In this document: positions 1-13,166 of the stretch, in pieces
Layout: every line of letters begins with the position of its first letter
Numbering within the stretch: the first letter of the stretch is position 1
NCBI RefSeq assembly: GCF_009914755.1
Contig: NC_060925.1
Length of the DNA stretch: 64,000 bases
Source: the human T2T-CHM13v2.0 reference genome, Homo sapiens
Reading direction: 5' to 3' (one strand)
Notes under the pieces: generated by a model
Databases searched by the model: none
What the model was told of the DNA's origin: nothing
The model's input: only the letters and a program-made list of their open reading frames with translations
Made by a program: the position numbers and the translations under genes

Positions 1-1319
1 AGGTGCTATTAAGAAGGTTAAAAAGGATATTTTACTCACTTAGGGAAAAATAAGTGGTTTCTTTTTCTCTAGTTTTTCTTTAAAGCTATGTTTTTGCATT
101 GCTGTAATGCTTTAGTGTAACGTACAACTAAGTGTCTCTTAGTGTTCTGATATGCTTGAAACTTAGACTTTAAGTAAAATTTTGAAAAAAAAAAGTGGAA
201 TTTTTGGTTCAATTTATGTCAACAAATAAAGATAAAAAGTGAACTACTCTGTCACACAAAGTACCTTACATCCAGCAGATTTCAAGAATGTTTTGGTTAA
301 TTTTAATTCAAAGATTATTTACAACTGCTGAAAGAACTGGATATGGAAAGAGCTTACCTTAGATCCATGCATGTAAATAACAACCGTATTCTTTTTTTTT
401 CTTTTTTTTGGTCGGGGGAGCTTTAGTACAACTGAGGCCAATTGTAAAGGTGGAAAATGAGGCATTTTTTTTTAATCACCCATTTTTGTGATTCAGTTCT
501 CTGAGACTTCTATATTCAGAAATGCTTTTAGCAGGTAGTAGTTATCCATTTATTTTTAAGTAACTAATCATAAGGGATTCAATCTTTCCTTTGTTCTTCA
601 GTGTCTATAAAGTACCACACCCAACAGCCATGTGCCCAGTTCCCTATAACTAGAGGAGACCAGCAACTCCTCTGTTGTGGGATCTGTCTGTGATCTGTGG
701 GAGATCAGAGCATTACCAGGCCCTGACTGCTTAATCTTTGTGGTTTAATTACCCAATCACCAGTTAATAACACACCTTTAAAAAGAGTTACAGTTATGTG
801 AACATAAGTGGGAATATGTTACTCAAACTAAACTTGAGTGAATGAAGGGAGATAATCTTCCCAATGGAGGATCATGGTTTTATGATGCCAAATTCAAGGG
901 TGGTGACTCTGGCTGCTCATTAGACTCAATTGGAAAGCCTTATAAAATAGCAGTGACAGGACCCATCCCATACCATTGTAGCCTGATTTCTGGGGTGAGA
1001 CCTAGGCATGTGAGTTGCAAAAGCAGCTATGGTGTTTCAGATGCACAATTACCATAAGAAGGTAATATTTAAAAGTCACAATGAATACTGTAAGAAAAAG
1101 GACTGAGGACTCTTGAAGAGGAAGGAATTCTACCTTTGGTTTGTCCTTCTATAAAATATCATTACACAAAACTGTAATTGTGAAAAACAGTTGAAAAATG
1201 GCATGCAGATTCCACACAAAAAATAAGTGTGGCAGATTGGGAGGTATGTGCTCTGGTCTACCTGAAGTCCATCTTCATATGATGCTTCTGTAAATATTAG
1301 ACCATAAATATCAAATTTA

Positions 1320-1485
1320 GGTGTGCATATGTATCATCTAGCCTGCCGGGTAAACGTGTATATTTGCAGGTGAACCACAGAGTTTCAGAATCTGCAGAAT
1401 GGGGTGATATCCAGGAAACTAAATTTATTTTAATATCACGAGCAATTCTGATTCAAGTGGTCTTTGAGTAATTAAGAAACCCAGA
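1320..1485. mobile_element. MER5-like hAT DNA transposon relic
   Basis: Degenerate resemblance to MER5 (cagagtttcagaatctgcag...gcaattctgattcaagtggtc...taagaaaccc); boundaries approximate. Confidence 0.4.
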
Positions 1486-1560
1486 CAAAAGGATTCAACT
1501 AAACCAGCCATGATGGACTCTTTCAGGGCACAATAAATAATAATTTGCTTTAAAAATAAT

Positions 1561-1740
1561 GAAAATACAAAAAAATTAGCCAGGCGTGGTGGTGGCTACT
1601 TGGGAGGCTGAGGCAGGAGAATGGCGTCAACCCAGGAGGCGGAGCTTGCAGTGAGCCGAGATCGCGCCACTGCATTCCAGCCTGGGCAACACAGCAAGAC
1701 TCCGTCTCAAAAAAAAAAAACAAAAAAAAAAAAAGAAAGA
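1561..1740 (+). mobile_element. AluY right monomer only, with a ~16 bp internal deletion
   Basis: Starts at the linker aaaatacaaaaaaattagcc; AluY diagnostics ggagaatggcgt and ggagcttgcagtgagccgagatcgcgcc; the gcgcctgtagtcccag segment is missing; A-rich tail. Confidence 0.93.
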
Positions 1741-1788
1741 AAAGACAGCAGAAAATCTTAGCGAGCTAAGGAAAAAAAAAAAAAAAAA

Positions 1789-2099
1789 TGCCGGCCCCGG
1801 TGGCTCACGCCTGTAATCCCAGCACTTTGGGAGGCCGAGGCGGGTGGATCATGAAGTCAGGAGATCAAGACCATCCTGGCTAATACGGTGAAACCCCGTC
1901 TCTACTAAAAATACAAAAAATACAAAAAAAAAAAAAAAATTAGCCGGGCGTGGTGGCAGACGCCTGTAGTCTCAGCTGCTTGGGAGGCTGAGGCAGGAGA
2001 ATGGCATGAACCCAGGAGGCAGAGCTTAACAGTGAGCTGAGATGGCGCCACTGCACCCCAGCCTGGGTGACAGAGCGAGACTCCGTCTCAAAAAAAAAA
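1789..2099 (+). mobile_element. AluY, full length, with an expanded middle A-rich linker
   Basis: gagatcaagaccatcctggctaa and ggagaatggcatgaaccc; linker reads aaaaatacaaaaaatac followed by a long A run. Confidence 0.96.
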
Positions 2100-4252
2100 G
2101 ATATTACAAAAATATATATATATTCAGCACATAAAAATATGCTGAAGAAAATAGAAAAATAAAAAAGTCTTTTCCTAATTCCTAAAATTTTAATTAATTT
2201 ATTTGTTTATTAATTAAAATTTATTAATTACCCTTTTCACTTCCATTCTCTTTTTGAATTTTCCCTCTGCTCTTTATTTTCCTGTTATATTTCCTCTCTT
2301 CTTTCTTGTCTCATCTCACTTCTTTCTCCTTTTGTTCCTCTCTAATTCTTTCTCTCTCAAAGCCTATCTGCATCTCTGTTTTTGTATGACTCTCCCTCTA
2401 CCAGTATGTCTAGCTCTGTCTCTCATTTTTCTTTCTTCACTTGATTCTGAAGACACCACTGTTATACTTCAAACCTTATTGAAGATTTGCTCTTGTTACT
2501 CCCTTTCTCTAACACCATTACTCAGGCCGTCCTCAATTCTTTCAGGCGTAATAAACACAAAATTTGCTTGGCTCACTCCTACCCTTTTTCTTTCAGATCA
2601 AAAGACATCTACTAGAAGCTTTCTTCGATACCACCTGAGTTCACTGTAGAAGGCAACTTTGGTGAGTAAGTAAAAGTTCAAAATGCATTTGTGTGGAATA
2701 AATTGCTTTCTAGCATTCTTTCTCATAGAAGACACATAATATACCTACACTAAAGATAAAATGGAATTTTTAACCTATGTAGTCATTAACAATGTTTTAA
2801 ATGAGTTTGTGTAAAACAGAAAGAAATTGGCAAGGAAAATAAAAAGTTTTCTAAATTTGGGTAGGGAAGTGGGATATTGTGATTTTTCTTTCTCTTTTAA
2901 TAAACTACTTAGAAAAAAAAACATTTAGAAAAACTAAGAAAGTCAAAGAATGAGGTAACATTTGACAGATTATCAATCTTGTTATTTCTGCTTTTTATTT
3001 CTCTACTTGTCTTTCTGTTATTGAATGTTTCTCTTAAACCTAGTAGATCATTGGATAAAAGTTACTTTGCTTTTATTTTAATTTTCTAGCATGTTGGTAT
3101 TTATTTCTCAGTGCAGTACACCTATTGTGATTTAGTTTTGTTGAAAATTTATTGCATTGCAGTTTGAAAGATGGAAGAATTGTTGACTATAACTTAATGT
3201 ATTTTCTCTAGAAACCCTTCTAGAAATCCTTCTAGGGAAAATAAATACAGCTTAAGTTTTGGTTTTGCTGAGATACATGGAATTCTTTTCAGCTCTTTAG
3301 TATTAATGGATTATTTTATTATAATATCACATAAATATGTCTGTGGACCTCAAAATATAAAACTCTTATAATCTTAGTTTTTAATATGTAGTTATAAACA
3401 AAAGTAAATTTGTAAATTAATATAAGGAGAAGCTAAAAACAATAAAAGTAGCATGAAATCAATGAAACTTGGTTGAAACTGTATTATCAATGATGTGTTT
3501 AACAAGTATTCTTATATTCTTATATTGTCAATCGGATATTCTAATTTTAAACACAATAATTTTTTTACTCACTGAACAAAGAACTAAGCAAAACATTATG
3601 TTCTGGACAAATGGTTTGTATGGCATAATCCAAAATGCCTGAAGAAGATGCAGTAAAATAAATATTGATTTCTGAAAACTTCTTCAATGTTGATTATGTT
3701 TACACATCAGGTAATATAATATGTTGGTACTTGTTAAGATGCGGTCTGCATAATATATCCAGCCACAACATGGTTGATTTCACTTGAGGAAAACACTCCA
3801 AGTATACACTAAGTCTTTTGAGTGATCCTATAGAGGTTGAAGAAGGTGGCAGCAGAGATGCAGGTAACTGCAGCAGAGGCAGAAATTAGCATGAAGGAGT
3901 AGTTGTAATTCTGAAGTATGAAAGTGCAACAGCTGCTCAGTGAAAGGCATATGCTATAAGATTAAGATATTTTAGGAATAATATTGGAAAGGAGATATAG
4001 TTGAAAATTAATCAATTAGCACTTGGGGGGTCTTGATCTTGCTTTGAAATCAGGGGCATGACATAATTACATCTTCGTTTTAGGTGTAACCCAAAGACTG
4101 GCCCTATTGATATCATTTGGGTGGCTGCTGCATTAGATACAAGAGTTAATGATAGCTTAATCCAGTACACTACAAATGAGAACAATTTGCTTGGTATAAT
4201 ACTCTTATATTCTGTACCATATAAACATTTTGCAATTATTTCTTCTGTTCTT

Positions 4253-5243
4253 TTTTTATTATTATACTTTAAGTTCTGGGATACATGTGCAGAACGTGTG
4301 GGTCTGTTACAGAGATATACCCATGCCATGGTGGTTTGCTGCACCCATCAACCCGTCATCTAAATTAGGTATTTCTCCTAATGCTATCCCTCCCCTAGAC
4401 CCCAACCCCCAACAGGCCCAAGTGTGTGATGTTCCCATTCCTGTGTCCATGTGTTTTCATTGTTAAACTCCCACTTATGAGTGAGAACATGCGGTGTTTG
4501 GTTTTCTGTTCCTGGGTTAGTTTGCTGAGAATGATGGTTTCCAGCTTCATCCATGTTCCTGCAAAGGACATGAACTCATCCTTTTTTATGGCTGAATAGT
4601 ATTCCATGGTGTATTTGTGCCACATTTTCTTTATCCAGTCTATCATTGATGGGCATTTGGGTTGGTTCCAAGTCTTTGCTATTGTGAATAGTGCTGCAAT
4701 TAACATACGTGTGCATGTGTCTTTATAATAGAATGATTTATAATCCTTTGAGTATATACCCATTAATGGAATTGCTGGGTCACATGGTATTTCTGGTTGT
4801 AGATCCTTGAGGAATCGCCACACTGTCTTCCACAATGGTTGAACTAATTTACACTCCCACCAACAACGTAAAAGCGTTCTTATTTCTCCACATCTTCTGC
4901 AGCATCCGTTGTTTCCTAAGTTTTTAATGATAGCCATTCTAACTGGCCTGAGATGGTATCTCATTGTGGTTTTGATTTGCATTTCTCTAATGACCAGTGA
5001 CGATGAGCTTTTCTTCCTATGCCTGTTGGCTGCATAAATGTCTTCGTTTGAGAAGTGTCTGTTCATATCCTTTGCCCATTTTTTGATGGGGTTGTTTGCT
5101 TTTTTCTTGTAAATTTGTTTAAGTTCTTTGTAGATTCTGGATATTAGCCCTTTGTCAGAGGGATAGATTGCAAAAATTTTCTCCCATTCTATAGGTTGCC
5201 TGTTCACTCTGATGATAGTTTCTTTTGTTGTGCAGAAGCTCTT
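4253..5243 (-). mobile_element. 5'-truncated L1PA (L1PA7/8-like) 3' end with target-site duplication
   Basis: L1 3' UTR (ttattatactttaagttctggg) and ORF2 tail; TSD tcttctgttctt at 4241-4252 and tcttatgttctt at 5240-5251. Confidence 0.96.
4395..5207 (-). pseudogene. ORF2: L1 ORF2p C-terminal fragment (270 aa open frame, no EN or RT domain)
   Basis: [22 protein letters not shown]...[14 protein letters not shown]...[10 protein letters not shown] matches the L1 ORF2p C-terminus; the CCHC His is changed to Arg and the normal stop is lost. Confidence 0.93.
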
Positions 5244-6106
5244 ATGTTCTTATACTTCATAAAAATGATATGAAATTATTTTACTGGTTTGTACAAGCTT
5301 ACATAGTATTATTAGCCTGAAACAAGTAGAATTTAACATTAGATACAATTACTTTTCCCCCCAGTGAATTTAGGTATTAATAATCTAAATCTTTACTCAG
5401 TACTCTTTATAAGATAATTAGAAACATTTGGAGTTTTGATAATTAAACACGTTGTCAATCAGAGGTGTCTTAAAAATGATAGAAAAGTAGATCTCAGATT
5501 TAAAAAAATAAAGCATAAGCATCATATCTGGTTTTGGGATTGATCACTGTATTGTCATTAAAAAAGCAGTAAAAACATTATTACTTTTTTTCAAAGCAGT
5601 ATGAAAACATTCAGTCAAAATAAATCATGGTCTCCATTTAACTAACTTAAGTGACTAAAACAAGTTAATATGCGGAGACTAAAGCAAAACTTACTGGCTA
5701 ATTCCTCTAAAAATTTGTTATTACAGTATGCTAACCTCAATACAACTTGTTTTTCTCTTTTATGAAGATATATCTTAAGTGAAAAAAATAAAGTATATGG
5801 GAGTATGCTCACACTTATGACTGTCTTTCATACCAAACAGATTGCTTTCTGCCCTCATTCCTTGCTCTTGGCCTTGATCTGATCTAAGAACTGTGCTTCA
5901 GAATTTGAAAATAAGGAGAGAAAAGTACAAAAGGAGATAGAAAGTATTAAAATAGGGAAGATTTGTATAAATAAAGATTAATCATCATTCACAATAAAGT
6001 GTTTTACATTTTTCATTGGGACGTTAGACATGGGTTTTTGTTTTATTGTGTATACTTATATAGTTGCATATTATCGACTATATGTTTCTATGCATACATT
6101 GTAGTA

Positions 6107-6174
6107 TTAGGCTGGTGCAAAAGTAATTGCGGTTTTTGCCATTAGAAACCACAATTACTTTTGCACTAATCTAA
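6107..6174. mobile_element. MADE1 (Hsmar1-derived MITE), internally shortened palindrome
   Basis: ttaggctggtgcaaaagtaattgcggtttttgcc...aaaccacaattacttttgcactaatctaa with TA on both sides (6105-6106, 6175-6176). Confidence 0.95.
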
Positions 6175-7439
6175 TAAAGTCATATTTTAAAAAGGTTAAA
6201 TGCATATCCATTATGAAGGGTCTTTCCAGATTGAGTAGAATCAATTTAGGTTAAAAAAATTCACAGATAAATCTTCATATTTCTTCTTTTATATTCTTCA
6301 TTTATATAAATTATGTTAAAATTACTTAATATTTACATATAGTTATTTGATTATAGCATTGTATGGAAAAACCAGAACGATTCTATTGATGAAAAGAAAA
6401 AAATGAACAAATACTGGCTTTCGAAATACTGCCTATTTTTTTTCTCTACACATACTTATCAAGTACATATTATCAGTCTCCCTACACTGAATCTACCTTT
6501 TTTCACTTAACTGGAGATTATTTTAAAAGTGAAATAATAATCTGGTATAATGAAAGCTAATGAAGAAACTTTTATCCAATAAATTATTCCAAATATGTGC
6601 AAGAACAAAAGGCAGAACCAATAGTTTAGTAAGATATTCCCACCCACATTTGTAATTTGCTTACAGAAGAATTTACTCAACTTTATATTGGTAAACTTAT
6701 CACGTTATAAAAAATTACTACAACCAGTTGTCACATGGATATAGATATGCCTGGACCAGATAAGCGACTGGTAACAACAGAGTAGTTGGTTGTTTTAGTG
6801 TTTGAATTAATATGACATGTAGCCAGTCTGATAAAGTGCAGAAGATTTAGTCAATACAGTGCAGACTCCCTCCACACAGAGTAACCAGGAAGTCAACTCA
6901 GCACTTTTGTATATACTTAGCCTATGTCTTTTTACTTTCTATGTAAAATATGACTTAATTAAGATGCTGCATTTGAAAAAGTAATCTTCAGAGTATCAGG
7001 TGACATTTAAAGTAGGAGTTATGGCTCAAAATGGTGCTGGACAGCAGTTTCAATAATGCGTGCTATATTCTTATGGTTTATACCCTCTAATAGGAAAGCT
7101 TTACTCGGTTATTATTTGTTACTCTTTTAGGCTTAGCAATTATAAATCTGTGGGTTACTTTAATCAGTCTAGGGCCTGCATTTAACAAACAGTACATGCC
7201 ATTTAATGATCTAGCCTTAACAGTAGAATATTGAATCTCATGCTGACATTCAAATATATCTTAAAGTTGAAAATTGGAGTTTGGAAGCAACATATTTATT
7301 TATGTAAAGGGAATTTGATAGATCGCCCATCTTTCTCTATTTAAGTTTCATCAGAAAATTTGAGATTAGGAAAACTCAATCTATTTTGTTTATTGTTGTT
7401 GCTTGTCTCCATTCTTTATACAATGAATAAACATAGCCC

Positions 7440-7625
7440 TGAAGTGTACTGGGAAGAGGCCTAGATTATAAAATAAGACATTATCTGTTACTGCTGTAAT
7501 GTTAATTAATGTATGACCTTGGACAATCATTTCATTTACTTATATCTTAGTTTCCACATCTTTCTTAAGGGGAGATTATGCAAGCTATTCTATAAGGTTG
7601 TCTCCAGTTTTAAATTGCTAGGAAT
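7440..7625 (+). mobile_element. MIR SINE relic
   Basis: Core tgtatgaccttggacaatcatttc...cttagtttccacatct. Confidence 0.65.
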
Positions 7626-7712
7626 ACATTTTTACACTTGATTGTATTATTTTATTTGATATCTTAATTTGGGGGCTGGAAAGCATATTATTATAGAGCT
7701 AAGAAGGGCAAC

Positions 7713-7763
7713 AGAAGAGACATTTCACTAGAAGTGACATTTCATTAGAAGTGACATTTCAGA
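7713..7763. repeat. 17-bp tandem repeat, three copies
   Basis: agaagagacatttcact / agaagtgacatttcatt / agaagtgacatttcaga. Confidence 0.9.
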
Positions 7764-10189
7764 TGAATTCTTATTTTATCTGCTGTTGGAAAACTTACTG
7801 ATTCTGGATTAATGTGTCAAATCAATAAAATACAGTACAACACTTTCTCTCAATTGCTAATGAATATAAATATCTTCTATATATGAATTCTTTATGATCT
7901 CAAAGTCATATTGTCGAATGACTCTGTTATAGATATGTAGCAAATATGTTCACCAGCAGAGGTGGCAATTAATGATTCTGGTCTCCAGAAGATAGCACTG
8001 AAAAAGGTCTTTGCTTCCTCCTGAAGTTTAGAAGTTTAGTGCTACATGTCCCAATTATGGAACATAAATATTGTGATTTTGGATTATGTTAAAGAGCACA
8101 TGGACATCCATTAAATATAATTGAAAAAAGAGAAAGAAAATAAGATATAAAGAGACACATGCATCTTTATTAATTCCCTTTATTTTCTTCTGAAGGATTC
8201 AAGTGTGAAATCTCATTTGGAGCTAATATATTTTTTAATATTTCTCTACTATGTGTTAATCTCCCTTTCTAACAAAGCTTCTCTTGGGCTCACAACATTT
8301 GGCAGTCAGCAATATTTTGTTGTCATTACATTTTTGCTATTATTATAGTCTATTTATGTAAAAAGGTATTCATTTTATGGGAATAATAAAAAATTAAAAA
8401 TAAATACATTTTATAAAGATATTAAAATACAGTAGAACATAAAGTGTGTATGGAAATAGTCAACAATAGAGTTCTTACACGGAGATAGAAAAAATATTTG
8501 GTTTTGTTACATATAAAACATAAGTTTGTGAACTACTAATTTTATGAAAAGTCACAAACTTTAAAATAAAGGAGACCTACAGTAAAGCTTCTCTCTTCTT
8601 TCACTGCAGATAAACTTGACCAAGTTGTTGAAACTTTCTAACCTTCAGTTTTCTCAGTAACTCACAGATGATGATATCAGTTTTCCAGTGTTGTCAACGG
8701 GGACAAAATTAGATGTAAGGTAATCTGGAGTTTGGAGGTGCTGAAAAATGTCAGCTTTCTCTCCCAGATTAGATAGGAATGAATGTGCTTTCATTGGTTC
8801 ACTTGGATGAATCAATATAATGTAAAACAGTTTGAATAGACAGGGAACAGTATAAAGTATAGAGAAATTATAAATTTAATTAATCCTTCTTTTGACATTT
8901 TGATTAGTCATAAATAATCAAGTACATGAATGTAGAAGAGAGAATCAAAATGAAAAAAGTACATAATTAATAAGAATATATTGATACATTCTTACCTTAT
9001 ATAGCAACATTTAAACAGCAGAAACAATCAAGAATATTTGTGCATAGAACTTAAATTTCACATTTCTGTCTTATCATTGTGGAGATTAAAAATGAGCATT
9101 ATAATACCACTATAGTATAAAGTTAATATTATAAGGAAAACAATAAAATACATTTTATATTACGGAGAGGAGAGGGGGAAGTGTGGGCATATATGGCAAA
9201 ACCTTAAGAGAACCCTGACTTTTGATTGACAAAATATACAATATTTACCTGGATTATTAAACAATGGAATATGTTTATAAACATTCAGTTTTGCAATAGT
9301 AGGTGATAGATGATATCATGGTTGATCACTAATACCTATTAGCTACCAGTGTTTTTCCTGATACTAATGTTGTAGTGATTTAATTTCTCTTCATCATTTC
9401 TACTGGAAGATAGGCAAAAGGAAGATAAACGATTAACTCAATGATGTTCAAGAAGTTTGCTGATAATTTTAAAGTTGCCTTCATAGTTTGTCTCATGTTA
9501 GTAGAGTTAACCATATTATATTGTTTTCTCTGTGAAAACATGTTTTTTGATAACTGTGTCTTCATAATTAATAGTTCTTGAATATACTTCTTATTCTATT
9601 GTTTTTTAAATCCAAGTTTAAGTGCTCATTTGGTCTTCCATTACAGAGGCATTCAAGAGAGAAACAGTAAATTGGTCCTTAAAGTCATCTGAGTCTGGTA
9701 CTCACCTTTGCAAATCAGAAACTCAGTTGATCAGTCTCTAGGGGACTAAGAGATAAAAATCAAACCCATAATATCTGACTGGCAAGTCATAATACCAATT
9801 TATTAACTTAAAATAGAAGCTACTTTAACAGCAATCTAAATACCCCTAGGAAGTGTTAAAGACACTTTGTTCTCATTATCAGTGTACCTGTGCCACAGAA
9901 AGTACATTAGAATTCACCAGATGCCTTTGTAAACAAAAACTGTGGCAAAAGATACTTCATGTATTGAAGAATAGCCATCATATAAAATGTCTGATTCATT
10001 AATTTCTTCTTTAGAGAAGGGAATAGAACTCTAGCAAAGAAAATAATACTTAAATCTATGAGATATATTCCTTCTTTACCTTTGTTTGAAAAAAATCCAC
10101 AAATTCTCTTGATTCGTATTTGAGAATTAACAGAATTGAATATATCACTCATGCACAAAATAGCACAAGAATATTTTAAGGTTATAAAG

Positions 10190-10450
10190 CTTCTGTTAGG
10201 GGGAATAATTTCTGGAGGTCTCTTATTAGCATAGTGACTACAGTTAATCATTATGTATTGCATATTTGAAAACTGCTAATAGAGTAGAATTTAAATGTTC
10301 TCAACACAAAAAAATAAGTATTAAGGTGGCAAATATGTTAATTATCTGGATTTAATTATTGTACAATGTATACATATATCAAAACATCATGATATCCCAT
10401 AAATATATACAATTATTATTTGCCAATTAAAATAAATAAATTTTAAGAAA
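10190..10450 (+). mobile_element. L1MA (L1MA8/9-like) 3' end
   Basis: gactacagttaat...tgaaaactgctaatagagtagaatttaaatgttctc...tatatcaaaacatc...aattaaaataaa. Confidence 0.85.
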
Positions 10451-12750
10451 GATTACTCAAGGTTATGATACATCCAAGCACATTGACTGAAATAATATAA
10501 TGGTCTCAGTAACACTATATTTTGAAAATGCTTTAAAAATAAATCACTTATACAGACAGCTCACCTCAAGCATTAAATGAGTAGTTTTCTTTGTTTTAAT
10601 TTTTTAAAGTAACCTTATCTCAAATTTATGCTTGAAATCTGGAGAAAAAAGACCCTGTGGAACCTGCACAAACCTGTACATGACCTATGTTTAATACACA
10701 GTGTGTGGATGACTATTTCAAATCCAATTCTATTATTGATGCTTTTGGAGTAATATACATTCAGGGCATGTGTAACTGCCAGTAAAATGATAGATGTATA
10801 ATACCATATAAAATCTAAATGTTATTAAAAGTAAATAAAAACCAACTATAGTTTTGTATTACTAAACTAAAATTTTCCTATGAAAGCATATTACTGATGT
10901 GCAATTATTTTTGTTGAAAACAACCTTCCATATTGAGACTTCTTGAATTCTTTAAAGCCTGGCCTGTTATAAACCAGAGCTCCTATTGGCAGCAATATTT
11001 CTGAGAAAGTATTGCTTTGTAACTCCCAAAACTCTGGTTATCTAACAAACACAATTGAAAAACTCAAGTGCCAGTTTTCCACAGTTGAATGTATGTCGCT
11101 GTTGCTCCATCTAAGAAGTCTGTCATATGACAGAACCAGCTATGCACGGTGAATTGGGGAAAAAAATCATGAGAGAAAGAAAAAGTTAAAAAAAAAAAAC
11201 CTTCAGCATAATTAGGAAACCATATGTTTTCTCTCTGCCCTATTTTTTCTTGTACTTTAAAATATTCTCCTGAGTTCAATTATACTCACCTAGGCTCACA
11301 GCAGGTTGAATTTGAAGAACATTTGTAAAAAGAGAATGAGCTTCATCCAAATCCCACAGCACTGAAAGATGAAAAAGTTAGCCAAGAAATAACTGATATA
11401 GTTGGGGAAATAAAAAGAAAAGATAGGTTTTAAAAAACTAGATGAATTCTTTATTTGTAAATTTCATTTTATGCTGAAGAATCAAAACATTATGTTTAAA
11501 AGAATAATCACATGCCAATACATTAAAATACAGTCTTTCAGTACTAATTAATCCTTAAATTCCAATAGATTCAATACGAATAAAATATTGGAATTATGTA
11601 TAATTTGATCAAAGATAGAGGGTTTCTCTATGAGAAGGAGATAATATAAAACATTGAATACTAATAATGAGATATCCAGAACACTGCTAACAATAACAAA
11701 CATTTTGGCAAGGCAAATCTTTTTGGAACCATTTCAAAATTGGTTTCTAATTTAAACAAAAGTAAATACTATTCACTTAGATAACTTTTTCAAAAATTTT
11801 TCACCATATTTCTTTGTTGATTACTCTATATCCTATAGCTCCAAATGTAATATTTAAATAAAATTCCAGTATTGTATTTCCAACTATGTATTTAATATTT
11901 CAACTCAAATTCTTAATTGAATCTTCAGACTTCAGATGTTCAGAATGGAAGTGATCTTCTTATTACACAAAATCTTTAGTGTCATTAATGTTACTCACCT
12001 TTCTCAGCATTGAAGATTTCTTCACTTTGTTCTGCATATCTAATTAGTCATGAAGTCTAATTTAATCTTTGTTTTGCACTTGTGTAAATTACACTAGTAA
12101 AATTACACTCGTGTAGCCATTGTAATTTTTTACATGCCCGACTAAGTTTGTTATTGTGCTTTCAGGCTCTTCATATTTTACTGTTTTCCTCATGTTTTTT
12201 TTTTTAATTTTCCCTGCTAAAGAAAATTTTTTAAATGGGTTAAATTAAATTTTTCAACTCATCATTTATAGACTTATAGAAGTCTATAATCCTCATGCTA
12301 GTATGATATATTTTTCTCATTGTATTTCATATGAGCCTTATACCTGAGCAAGTTTTTCTCTTTGCTAATGTTGCCCCATCCCCACCCTCAAGGTCACCCT
12401 TGGCCCACCTCCCTTATCCACTTCACTTCTCATTCTATTCCTACCTCAATCATCATAAAAGCCATTGGCCATACTACTCCTCTCATGCTTTCTTAAAGAT
12501 GTCTCTGTTTAATTCATTCAACTATGAACTCATTTTTTTATGCAGTCAACAAATACTAAGTGCTTAACTCTATTCAGGTAGCTAGAGGAACCCAGACTGT
12601 CATGTGGCTGTCACGAAGTGTGCTGGTCATTGAAAGTTAAATTCCTCTTTTTCCAAGTTTTTTATTTTATTTTTTTGCACACAAAAATTTCTTTCTGCTG
12701 AACACCATTGTATGCATTCTATAGTTTAGGATTTCTATTTTACTCATTAA

Positions 12751-13166
<416 letters not shown>

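Noticed and set aside
2254-2649. 131-aa hydrophobic ORF
   Set aside because: Produced by a low-complexity pyrimidine-rich tract with a non-ATG start.
4395-5207. Longest ORF (270 aa) as a functional gene
   Set aside because: It is the tail of a 5'-truncated L1 ORF2 with no promoter, EN or RT domain and a broken CCHC motif.
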